A DNA stretch of 25,158 nt from Promethearchaeota archaeon (GCA_019058015.1 JAHLWH010000200.1:1-25158); one strand, 5' to 3'. Numbered from the stretch's first letter, positions 1-8,570 are shown. Numbers and translations are program-made. The notes: generated by a model from the sequence alone, not told the origin.

Positions 1-116
1 ATTTCAAACATAGAAGAATTAAACTGAATAGGTGGTATCAAAATTATTTTCAATTCTGGGAGCAATATCTCGCTATAATTTGAAATAAAATGATTGCGAA
101 AAAATTTAAATGTCAT
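1..116 (-). CDS. Possible 5' end of a hypothetical protein running off the left edge
   Basis: ATG at 116 (minus) opens 38 stop-free codons to the window edge (MTFKFFRNHFISNYSEILLPELKIILIPPIQFNSSMFE), divergent from the 238 ORF. No recognisable motif. Confidence 0.3.
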   Translation of the reverse strand, partial: MTFKFFRNHFISNYSEILLPELKIILIPPIQFNSSMFE

Positions 117-237
117 CACTATCTTTTGTAACCACCCAAAATTATGTCAAGATTTCTCAATTCTTAAAATTTTTTATTTAAATATAACCATTTTATCTCC
201 ATTTCAATATAAAGAGAATAAAGATTTGGGGATTTAA

Positions 238-1398
238 GTGAGAAATTTGGTATTAGAAATGGAATTTTTTGATGATATTTACGAAATTAATAATTTAAAG
301 GAAATAAAAAGATCTTTAAATGCTTTACTCGAAGTTCGCGAAGAACAATTGAAACGTCAGATTATTAATATAATTTTGAAAGATTTAAAAGAGAAATTTT
401 CTGATAATTCTTATAAATTATCAGTTAACATCGCATATGATAATTCGAAAACCGTAGGATTTGTTATCGCTCAAATAAATCCATTTTTTCAAAGTTATGG
501 AAAGAAATGTGCTACTTTTGGTTGGTTACGAGCACAATCATTAGAAATTTGTAAAAAGCTTATGAATACATGTGAAAAATTTGCTATTGAAAATGGCTTC
601 CGAAAAATTCGAGGACCAATTAATTCTCCGAAAGGATTAGGTGGAATAGGAGCTCAAATTAAAGGATTTAATGAAGAATTGCTTTATGGTGTTGCTTTCA
701 ACCCGCCGACTATACCAACATTTTTAGATAAGTTGGGTTATAAGAGAGATGCAGAGTATATTTGTGTTTATGTTTCAGAAAAAACATGGAGACAAGGAAA
801 GGACCTTGATGAGAATGTTCGTATTGGATACCTTTCATTAAATGAGATGGTTGCAAGAAAAGATGAATTTTTAAATTTAATCTCCAGTGCTTTTGATTTT
901 ATGTTACCAGATCATTCAACCAATCGAGCTAAAGATGTAATAAATCAGTTAGCTGCTGTTCCTCGGGAATATTATAAATTATCACACAATTTTAATCCAA
1001 GAGATTATTATAATTTTCCAGCAGTTGTAGAAGCGTGGGAATCATGCGACCTTGAGAATGTCATGATATGGGCACCTCTAGCTTTTGATCGAAAAACTGA
1101 TAAGCTCATTGGAGTGATTTTTTGTCTTCCTGATTTATATCAATTATGGACTGGTAAACGAATTTCACGAGTTAATACCGATACTGCAATTGTCGATCCT
1201 AGATATACCGGTAAAGGAATCTTTTCATCATTAAATAATCTTGTACAAACTACTATGGGCTTTTTCGGAGTTGATTATGTTGAAGGATGCTACATCTGGA
1301 ATAAGAATGAAAAAGCAGTTCAATCAATTTTTCCTCATTCAAAACCAATTCGAAAACATATTGTTTTTCAAAAAAGGTTAAGAGCACATAAGAAATAA
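238..1398 (+). CDS. GNAT-fold N-acyltransferase-like protein (YghO-like tandem GNAT)
   Basis: 386 aa. Motifs 'ATFGWL', 'IRGPINS', 'FNPPTIPTFLDKLGY' and a C-terminal acetyl-CoA-binding motif A 'AIVDPRYTGKGIFSSL', followed by 'IWNKNEK'. True start may be ATG 259. Confidence 0.7.
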   Translation: MRNLVLEMEFFDDIYEINNLKEIKRSLNALLEVREEQLKRQIINIILKDLKEKFSDNSYKLSVNIAYDNSKTVGFVIAQINPFFQSYGKKCATFGWLRAQSLEICKKLMNTCEKFAIENGFRKIRGPINSPKGLGGIGAQIKGFNEELLYGVAFNPPTIPTFLDKLGYKRDAEYICVYVSEKTWRQGKDLDENVRIGYLSLNEMVARKDEFLNLISSAFDFMLPDHSTNRAKDVINQLAAVPREYYKLSHNFNPRDYYNFPAVVEAWESCDLENVMIWAPLAFDRKTDKLIGVIFCLPDLYQLWTGKRISRVNTDTAIVDPRYTGKGIFSSLNNLVQTTMGFFGVDYVEGCYIWNKNEKAVQSIFPHSKPIRKHIVFQKRLRAHKK

Positions 1399-1492
1399 AA
1401 AGATTTTAATAAATATAAAAATATTTTTTACTTCCTTTTTTTAAAAATTATGGTTTTTAGTTCATTTTATCCAATAAATAATTAAAATTATG

Positions 1493-2097
1493 TTAAATAA
1501 TTTTTTTAATTAATATTAAAATTCTATCTGAAGATTTTTTTAAACTTTTAAATCCAGGTGAATGAAGACTTTTGAAAATTTTATTTTTAACTTGATAATT
1601 TACTGTGCTCATTTTAATTCCTATTTTATTACATACGTGTACAAAAGGGATGGAATCTATTCCCAATGCAATCATTGTTAAAATAAAAATTACTCCTACT
1701 ATGTCATCATCTTTTGTATTTTTTATATAAGGCCAAAATTTTTTAAAAATCTCTTGAGATTTATTAGTAAAACCTTTGTCAAATCTAAAAATTTCTTTTA
1801 TTTTATTTTTTTTTTTTTGAGAATAATGGTTTTTCTATCTCTTTTAAAATAAGTCGGATAAAAAATCGCTGCTTGCTTTAAAATTTTAGTAAATTCTTTT
1901 TTATTTGAATTGATCTTTTCTATAAAATCAGCAATTTTAATGTCAAATCCTTTTGCTTTAAAAACCATATAAATTATTACTGGGGCTAACTTTTTTGGTG
2001 ACCTTGATTTAGTTCCTTTTCTCATCTGTTTCCATATCTGTAAAAAAATCTGAATACATTCTTCATATAAGTTTGGATATTTTACTGAAATTTTTAA
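1493..2097 (-). pseudogene. TFB/TFIIB cyclin-repeat-like gene, frameshifted at an A13 run and apparently 5'-truncated
   Basis: ORF 1798..2025 (…KGTKSRSPKKLAPVIIYMVFK…) resembles cyclin repeat 1 (GRSP..A..Y). A -1 shift in the A13 (T1806-1818) gives KEIFRFDKGFTNKSQEIFKKFWPYIKNTKDDDIVGVIFILT, in frame with ORF 1493..1675 (VCNKIGIKMSTV, an HTH-like end of repeat 2). The upstream frame is open to a TGA at 2098-2100. No Zn ribbon. Confidence 0.65.
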
Positions 2098-2220
2098 TCA
2101 TATCAAGAAAGTTATAAAACACAAGTTTTTAAAGAAAAAATATCATTTCATCTTTTTTTCTTTATATATTTTGATTATTATTTTCTCATAAAAGATAATT
2201 GAACGATCAAATTTTGATGA

Positions 2221-2556
2221 GTGATGAGTAAAACAAGTGTGTTAAAAATATTTGGAGTATTTTCAATAGGTATAATATCATTATTGGTATTTTTCCAAGA
2301 TGAAATTATGGTCCATCTTATTGATCCAATCCAAGATATTTTTAGATATATATTTAATTTAATTCCAGTGATATTATTTTCCGCAAGCGGAATATTTTTA
2401 ATAAGCGGACTTATAAGTAAAAGGAATAGAGTAAGTTGTCTCATATTCAGTGCATTATGTTTCTTATTTGGGTTCTGGTTATCTAATCCAAGTGGTTTAG
2501 AAGATATTGCAAATATGTTTGCTGGAAGACCAGAAACTCCAAAAGGTTGGCATTAA
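2221..2556 (+). CDS. Small membrane protein, 3 predicted TM helices
   Basis: 111 aa. Hydrophobic segments at about aa 8-25, 41-65 and 71-87, with a basic loop SKRNR between the last two. Confidence 0.7.
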   Translation: MMSKTSVLKIFGVFSIGIISLLVFFQDEIMVHLIDPIQDIFRYIFNLIPVILFSASGIFLISGLISKRNRVSCLIFSALCFLFGFWLSNPSGLEDIANMFAGRPETPKGWH

Positions 2557-2582
2557 TTAAAAAAATGGGGGTAAAATATAAA

Positions 2583-2840
2583 ATGTTTAATTTGTTTCAA
2601 TTTCCAGACATAATTGATATATTTACAAATCAATTACCTGTAAACTTAGCAGAGTTTTGGCAGTTTTTAAGAGCAATTCTTTCATTATTGGGACTAACAG
2701 GACTTGTCATTTCAATTGTGTGTCTTTTACTCTCGAATAAAGTAAAATTTAAAGGATTATTGAGTTTTATGATATTTTCATTCATTTTATGTTTAATTTG
2801 CGGCTTCGATACTGGATTGATCTATTTTAAGATTATTTAA
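2583..2840 (+). CDS. Small membrane protein, 2-TM helical hairpin
   Basis: Likely start ATG 2583 (MFNLFQFP…) after a GGGGGT SD-like motif; the ORF track starts at 2547. Two hydrophobic helices joined by basic loop SNKVKFK. Confidence 0.7.
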   Translation: MFNLFQFPDIIDIFTNQLPVNLAEFWQFLRAILSLLGLTGLVISIVCLLLSNKVKFKGLLSFMIFSFILCLICGFDTGLIYFKII

Positions 2841-2966
2841 ATTAAAAATTAATTTGCTTTAAATTAATTTAAGAGGAAAAAATTAACTATTTTTAATTAT
2901 TCTAATTTTTTCTTTTAAATATCTTCATTGTATAATTATTTCAAAATTTAAGAAATTTTGATAATA

Positions 2967-4145
2967 ATGACAGAATTAAAATTAGTGAAAGGCATTCAAG
3001 CAAGACATATTAAGATTTTTACAGAGAACGGTATTACTACAGCAGAAGCTCTTGCTATGTCGGGTTTTAAGAGTATTACTGCAATGGAAGGTATTGGAGA
3101 AGCAGCTTCTAAAAAACTTATTTGGAATGCCAGAAGTGCTTTGGGAATGAGTAGTTTTAAAGCAATATCAGAGTTCCAAGAAAATCATGAATATATTAGC
3201 ACAGGTTCTTTAAATTTTAATGCAATTTTAGGAGGTGGTATAGAAACAGGTTTTATAACAGAAGTTTATGGTCCATTTAAATCCGGAAAGACCAATTTAG
3301 CGCACACTTTGTGTGTTACTACACAATTACCAAAAGGAAAAGGTGGATTAAGTGGTGCTGTGATATATATTGATACTGAAAATACATTTTCGAAAGAAAA
3401 AATCAAACGAATTACCAGAAGATTTGGTCTTAAACCCGAAAATGTACTCTCGCACATTTATCATGCGAGAATTTATAGTTCTGATCATCAAGCTCAAATG
3501 ATTTTAGAAGCGGAGAAACTCGTAAAAGAAAAAAATGTCAGATTAATAATTTTAGATAGTTTAATGGCGCTTCTTCGAGCAGAATACATCGGAATTGGAA
3601 TGCTTCCACAACGACAAGCTACATTAAATCAAATGATTCATGCTCTTTCCAGAATTGCAGAGAGTTATAATATTGCGATCCTCGTAACAAATCAGGTTGC
3701 CCAACAAATGAAGGGAATGTTCAGCGGTATTGATGCAATTGGAGGGAATATCGTCGCTCATGGCTGCCAGATTCGGGTGATGTTTAAGACAAAAGGGTTC
3801 GCCGCGAATAGTTCTCTTGAAAGAAAGGCAATTATTGTTGATGCACCTGATTTACCTCCTGAGGAATGCCAATTTTATATAACTCCAGCAGGGATTGCAG
3901 ACACAGAAAAAACAGATTTTTCAAGTATGGAAGAAAATATAAAACCCAAATTTGTTATGGTTAATGATGAACTTACCTTAGAAAAAATTAGAGGAATAGG
4001 AAAAAACATAATGGAGAAATTGGAAAAAATAGGAATTACTACTACTGAGCAATTGAAAAATACAAATCCTGATGATCTTGCTAAAGACTTGCCAGGTATT
4101 TCAAGTAAAAAAGTAAAAGAATGGATTGAACAAATTCCTGCTTAG
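2967..4145 (+). CDS. radA: RadA/Rad51-family recombinase with additional C-terminal helix-hairpin-helix domain
   Basis: N-terminal HhH (GITTAEALA…EGIGE), 'ISTGSLNFNAILGGGIETGFITEVYG', Walker A GPFKSGKT, YIDTENTF, Walker B LIILDS, RAEYIG, TNQV, IGGNIVAH. C-terminal 'LEKIRGIGK…GITTTEQL…LPGIS'. ATG at 2967; the ORF track starts at TTG 2958. Confidence 0.9.
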   Translation: MTELKLVKGIQARHIKIFTENGITTAEALAMSGFKSITAMEGIGEAASKKLIWNARSALGMSSFKAISEFQENHEYISTGSLNFNAILGGGIETGFITEVYGPFKSGKTNLAHTLCVTTQLPKGKGGLSGAVIYIDTENTFSKEKIKRITRRFGLKPENVLSHIYHARIYSSDHQAQMILEAEKLVKEKNVRLIILDSLMALLRAEYIGIGMLPQRQATLNQMIHALSRIAESYNIAILVTNQVAQQMKGMFSGIDAIGGNIVAHGCQIRVMFKTKGFAANSSLERKAIIVDAPDLPPEECQFYITPAGIADTEKTDFSSMEENIKPKFVMVNDELTLEKIRGIGKNIMEKLEKIGITTTEQLKNTNPDDLAKDLPGISSKKVKEWIEQIPA

Positions 4146-4275
4146 AAAAAATAAATCTTTCTTTTTTTTAATATTAATATTTTTTTTTTAAGCTTAAATG
4201 AAAAAAACAGATAAAAATTGTTAGAATTAATTTCCTTACTATTCAAACTTTTCTGATATTTGATTATGTTTATAT

Positions 4276-5334
4276 TTATTTTATCGATTTTTGCCCATGT
4301 GTTTCCTCTAATCCTTTAATTTTTATTTTCCTTGCTTGCATTGATAAAATAATTACAATTACAACCACAATACTTACGAATATCATTAAAAAATAACCTT
4401 CTTGAGGGATTTCGAAATAAAATGTTGTGTTAAAATAGCCAGTATTATTAAAAGTGTCATTTGCTGGATTATTTATATCATAGGCTTGAGTTTCATTAAT
4501 TCCTTGTCCAATTTTTCCAAATTCGTATATTAGATATGCAAAATTGTATTTGGGATATGCTGAAGCCAGACCAAATTTAAATAAATAAGATCCACGAAGT
4601 GCTGTTCCGAATAAAATATCAGCAAACTCTAAATTTTCGGGAAGTGATGTTGTATTATCAAATATAAGATAAGGATCTGCCTCTGGATCAATAATAGTTA
4701 AATTTACTTTTTGAGTTGCTGGCAATGTATAGGCAATCGGAGAAACTCTTGCGGCAATTATTCGGTAAAATGTATCATTTTCAAAATTAACTAAAAATTG
4801 TAATTCATTATAAACTCCCGAACTGAAACAATGGACGTCATAAGATATAGTATCATTAAAAACATTTTCTAATAATTTGTCATATATGCACATATCCCCC
4901 TCCTTTACTGCAATATGTAAATTAAGATTATAATCAGTCTCAACTGTTATTTTCAGTTCATAAGTTCCATTTTTTGCTGTTCCAAATGGCACAGTAAATT
5001 TTTTCGTATTTTCAAAATAAAAAGACATTGTAGCATTATAGATTTCAAACTCAATACCATCGGGATCTATCATATTTAGAGATAAGTTGCACTCATTCGG
5101 CGTTACTAATTCACAATCGATTATATAATAATAGTGTTCTCTAAATTCTAACTCAAATATTCTTGTTGTTTTTGGAAAATTAAATTTATATACTTTATCG
5201 ATGTAAGTCTTTGGCCACTCATCTGATTCATTAGCAATCACATTATAAATATTAAAATTGATTGAATTCGTTATAATTAATGATGTTAGAGAAAAAATCA
5301 AATATAAGGATTTAATTTTTCTTTTAATACCCAT
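4276..5334 (-). CDS. Secreted, C-terminally membrane-anchored surface glycoprotein with two repeated beta-sandwich-like domains
   Basis: Basic plus hydrophobic N-terminal signal, C-terminal TM (FLMIFVSIVVVIVIIL) with basic tail, many N-x-S/T sequons, and an internal repeat (IDPD…FGTAKNGTY / IDPE…FGTALRGSY). Confidence 0.75.
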   Translation of the reverse strand: MGIKRKIKSLYLIFSLTSLIITNSINFNIYNVIANESDEWPKTYIDKVYKFNFPKTTRIFELEFREHYYYIIDCELVTPNECNLSLNMIDPDGIEFEIYNATMSFYFENTKKFTVPFGTAKNGTYELKITVETDYNLNLHIAVKEGDMCIYDKLLENVFNDTISYDVHCFSSGVYNELQFLVNFENDTFYRIIAARVSPIAYTLPATQKVNLTIIDPEADPYLIFDNTTSLPENLEFADILFGTALRGSYLFKFGLASAYPKYNFAYLIYEFGKIGQGINETQAYDINNPANDTFNNTGYFNTTFYFEIPQEGYFLMIFVSIVVVIVIILSMQARKIKIKGLEETHGQKSIK

Positions 5335-5650
5335 TCACCTTTAATTCTTTAAATTCATTAATTAGACAATTTACTTCTGAACATTGGGTATAATCAATGC
5401 AAGTAAAACATGGTCTATCAGTCCAAAAATAATTAGTTTTATCTTTCTTAAATATAAGCAAGATTGGAACTTTTGTATTCGGACATAATAAAGTAGTATT
5501 TTCAATCTTTCCTGCTTTGGGCACAGCATACGAAAAATTACATGTCTCAGATTCACATTTGGTAAATCTCTTATAAGATTTTGTCTTATAGAGAATTAAT
5601 TCATCTAATCCGCATTTAGGGCATTCTCCAATAGAAATAATCTTTCTCAT
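5324..5650 (-). CDS. Stand-alone topoisomerase IA C-terminal-type zinc-ribbon protein
   Basis: GECPKCG…KRFTKCESETCNFSYAVP…GKI…CP matches the TopA C4 Zn-ribbon pattern (GxCPxCG…RFxxCxxxxCxF..P), with further CxxC…C. Overlaps the next gene by 11 nt. Confidence 0.7.
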   Translation of the reverse strand: MRKIISIGECPKCGLDELILYKTKSYKRFTKCESETCNFSYAVPKAGKIENTTLLCPNTKVPILLIFKKDKTNYFWTDRPCFTCIDYTQCSEVNCLINEFKELKVNGY

Positions 5651-5722
5651 AACAATTAAATGCTAAATTCAAAATATTTAAATAAAAAAAAATGAGTGCA
5701 TATAAATGCTAGTGATAATCAT

Positions 5723-6505
5723 TTAATTCCCACTTTCTGACCAAATAAATTCAAATCCATTATTTGACAACCTGTATTTAGAAACAAACTCAATATTATG
5801 ATATTTTAAGTTAAGAATTTTTTCTCGTTTCTCATTTATTTCCAACTTAATCATTATTGAGTCAATCCTATCAAACATTTTATGTAAAAACTTAGTATTT
5901 TTATTCAATTTTGGTTTATATGAAACTTCATGAATAAAAATTAAATTTACTCTGTTAAGCGAAGCAAACATTTGTAGCGGATATATTTGCTCAGTAAAGA
6001 ATGAATTTATTAGCTTAATTTTAATATCAAGCTCATTAAATTCCATAAGTTTAAGGCGAAAATTGTGTGAAATTGAATCAAATATTATTAATTTTGTATT
6101 TATGGGAATAAAATTTTCTAATGAGCTTAACTCATTTATTAAATTCTGTTGTTTAAAATATGAAGAAATATTGGTTAAAAAAATATTATTTTTAATATAT
6201 TCTAACTGTTCTGGAGCTTCATTAAAGTTATGTTCCAATCTTTTATATGAAAATGGCGAACCGGCATTTATCCATAAAGCAGTCAATAAATTGTCTTTAT
6301 TTAAAATCAGATGTCCGACTAAATATTGAGCAAATGTTGATTTACCTGAACCCGATTCACCAGATATTTGAATTATTCTAGAATTATTTTTTAGGAGATT
6401 ATAGATAAGAGTAAAAAATTTATAACAGAACTCATTTTCATTTGAAATAAAATCATAGAAATTTGTGGTATTATTTTTTATCATTTTTTTTCCCTTAATC
6501 ATCAA
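5723..6505 (-). CDS. Divergent RecA-superfamily ATPase (RadB/aRadC/Rad51-paralog-like)
   Basis: 'IIQISGESGSGKSTFA' Walker A, 'LWINAGSPFSYKRL' (cf. YIDTE..FS..RL) and 'LIIFDSIS' Walker B. No N-terminal HhH. Likely start ATG 6484. Confidence 0.75.
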   Translation of the reverse strand: MMIKGKKMIKNNTTNFYDFISNENEFCYKFFTLIYNLLKNNSRIIQISGESGSGKSTFAQYLVGHLILNKDNLLTALWINAGSPFSYKRLEHNFNEAPEQLEYIKNNIFLTNISSYFKQQNLINELSSLENFIPINTKLIIFDSISHNFRLKLMEFNELDIKIKLINSFFTEQIYPLQMFASLNRVNLIFIHEVSYKPKLNKNTKFLHKMFDRIDSIMIKLEINEKREKILNLKYHNIEFVSKYRLSNNGFEFIWSESGN

Positions 6506-6842
6506 ATAATTTTAAAATTTGATTTTTTTCTTCTTTCAAATCTTCATCTCTTTCTTTTAAAGAATTCATCACATCTTGTTTTAAAATAAGTTTTACAGGT
6601 TGTGATTGATTCTGATTCAGTAAAGACATTAAAAGAACCAACTTCACCAAATCATTGTTTGTCGATTCCCCAATTTCTCCCTTCCTAAAAATTCCCTCGC
6701 CAGAATTCTTATATTTTCGATATTTTGGATATAAATAAATTATTAAAATAATTCCAACAATTATTGAGGTTGTTATGGGATCTTTCTGGAAAAATATAAA
6801 ACCCAACAATATTATTATCCCATATATTATTAATTTAAACAT
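6495..6842 (-). CDS. Small membrane protein, 2 N-terminal TMs and a charged helical C-terminus
   Basis: 115 aa. AAGGT SD-like motif upstream; tightly packed in a minus-strand operon. Confidence 0.7.
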   Translation of the reverse strand: MFKLIIYGIIILLGFIFFQKDPITTSIIVGIILIIYLYPKYRKYKNSGEGIFRKGEIGESTNNDLVKLVLLMSLLNQNQSQPVKLILKQDVMNSLKERDEDLKEEKNQILKLFDD

Positions 6843-6871
6843 TTTTTCTTACCTTATTTCTCTTCTCTATT

Positions 6872-7624
6872 CTACCATTGAGTGCGCGGTGAAAATTTAT
6901 TTCCTCTATTTTTTTTGCGATTTTTAACTTCTATTTTATGTTTAGTATATTTGATTTTTCTTCTGGAGATTCTTATGTTGTGATAGATGAAAATTAATCC
7001 AAGTCCGAGATATCTTATTATGTAATAAAAGAGCATTGCTAGAAAAAACAATGTTATTAATGAATCAAATATAATAATATCAAAAAAATTCATTAAATAA
7101 TAGGAGATTGACGAAGCAATAAAAATAACAATAATCTGAATTAATGTATATCTCTTGTTAGTGCTCTGAAATGAATTTGCAATTATTCGAATATCAGCAT
7201 TACTCGGAGATATGGTTAGCAAAATTGAAATTGTGATATAAATTAGGATCAGGGCAATTGTGTAATTAACTGCTGGATTGAATATATAAAAAAGGATAAA
7301 ACCAATAATATAGGTTCCAACGAATAAAGGGGCAAATGAGATCAGAAATGTTTGAAAAAAATTCGATTTTGCAGTGGTTATATTTCCAGACAGACCATCC
7401 TTTTTATTTCTTATTGGTATAATATTTGTTTTAGTTACTTTTGTATGAGTCAAAAAACACATAATATAATGACTTACCTCATGAACGATAATCCCAATAA
7501 AGAAGCATGAATGAAATAAACGATAAAATGATACACTTTTACTACATAAATGAGTTGTAACGAATGATAACAATGTGGAGACTATCAGAACTCCTATAAA
7601 TAATATCAAATAGGTTAAAATCAT
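6872..7624 (-). CDS. Integral membrane zinc metallopeptidase (M50B-like/DUF3267-type)
   Basis: HExxH within a TM helix (GIIVHEVSH), 'ISFAPL' and 'SPSNAD' (third-ligand Asp motif). About 6 TM helices. Confidence 0.75.
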   Translation of the reverse strand: MILTYLILFIGVLIVSTLLSFVTTHLCSKSVSFYRLFHSCFFIGIIVHEVSHYIMCFLTHTKVTKTNIIPIRNKKDGLSGNITTAKSNFFQTFLISFAPLFVGTYIIGFILFYIFNPAVNYTIALILIYITISILLTISPSNADIRIIANSFQSTNKRYTLIQIIVIFIASSISYYLMNFFDIIIFDSLITLFFLAMLFYYIIRYLGLGLIFIYHNIRISRRKIKYTKHKIEVKNRKKNRGNKFSPRTQW

Positions 7625-7721
7625 GTATTAAATTTTTTATAAAATGATTATTTAAAAAGAAAAAACGTAAAAATGAATTTTATTTAGAAGAATTTTAAAA
7701 ATTTGTTTCTTACATTAAATT

Positions 7722-8540
7722 ATGGTCAAATCAAAAATAAAATTTCCAAAAGAAGGAAATTTTGTTATTGCTAAGGTTGTAGATATTCAAAGAGGCTATA
7801 TTTATGTAGATCTATTAGATTTTGAAGGTCGGGAAGACGAAAATCTAGCAAGAGGGATGATTCACATATCCGAGATATCATCTAGGTGGATAAGAAATGT
7901 AAGAAATTATGTTCGTATGAACGAAATTTTAGTATTAAAAGTTTTAAAGGTAGATAATTTAAAGGGTCATGTGGATTTATCATTACGGCGAGTTACGGCT
8001 CAACAAAAGCAATTAAGAATGAAAGAATGGAAATATGCTTTTAAATTTGAAAATTTATTAACATTTTTAGCAGATGAAACTGGTAAATCAATAAATGAGC
8101 TATATGAAACGATTGGATTTCCGATATTAGATTCTTATAAATCATATCAAAAAACACTTGAAGATATTAAAGAAAATGGTATTCAATCAATTGAAAATTT
8201 GGATATTGAACAAGAAATTGCTAAAAAATTCGTAGAAATTATCGAAGAGAATGTTATTGTAAGTACAGTTTCAATTAGCGGTAAATTGTCATTGACTTCT
8301 ACTGCTCCAAATGGAATTAACCTTATAAAGAATGCAATAAAGGCTGGAATAACCGTGATAAAAAGCCCAAAAGAAACAAAGAGAGTTGATATTCGTTATG
8401 TTGCTGCCCCGAATTATCGTTTAGAAGTGATTGAAAAAAATTATCAAGAAGCAGAATCAGTACTAGCTAGTGTTCTAAAAACAATTGAAGATGAAATGAT
8501 TAATGTTGGTGGGACTTTAGAATTCATTCGAGATAAATAA
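7722..8540 (+). CDS. eif2a: Translation initiation factor 2 alpha subunit (aIF2-alpha)
   Basis: S1 domain 'FPKEG', 'GMIHISEISSRWIRNVR', 'KGHVDLSLRRV' and C-terminal 'YVAAPNYR'. Confidence 0.95.
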   Translation: MVKSKIKFPKEGNFVIAKVVDIQRGYIYVDLLDFEGREDENLARGMIHISEISSRWIRNVRNYVRMNEILVLKVLKVDNLKGHVDLSLRRVTAQQKQLRMKEWKYAFKFENLLTFLADETGKSINELYETIGFPILDSYKSYQKTLEDIKENGIQSIENLDIEQEIAKKFVEIIEENVIVSTVSISGKLSLTSTAPNGINLIKNAIKAGITVIKSPKETKRVDIRYVAAPNYRLEVIEKNYQEAESVLASVLKTIEDEMINVGGTLEFIRDK

Positions 8541-8570
8541 ATTATGAATTTAATTGGTTTTTGAAGAACT

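Noticed and set aside
2098-2100. In-frame TGA upstream of the TFB-like frame as possible selenocysteine
   Set aside because: No Cys/redox context and no SECIS recognised; the upstream codons look non-coding.
2178-2444. Minus-strand 88-aa ORF
   Set aside because: Antisense to the 2221 membrane protein, with no motifs.
2846-2872. AT-only palindromes (AAATTAATTT twice; TTAAATTAATTTAA) upstream of radA
   Set aside because: Expected by chance in very AT-rich spacers and not seen as a recurring operator.
7860-7895. eIF2-alpha Ser51-like phosphosite context (SEISSRWIR)
   Set aside because: This loop is broadly conserved in archaeal aIF2-alpha and is not by itself evidence of eukaryote-like kinase control.
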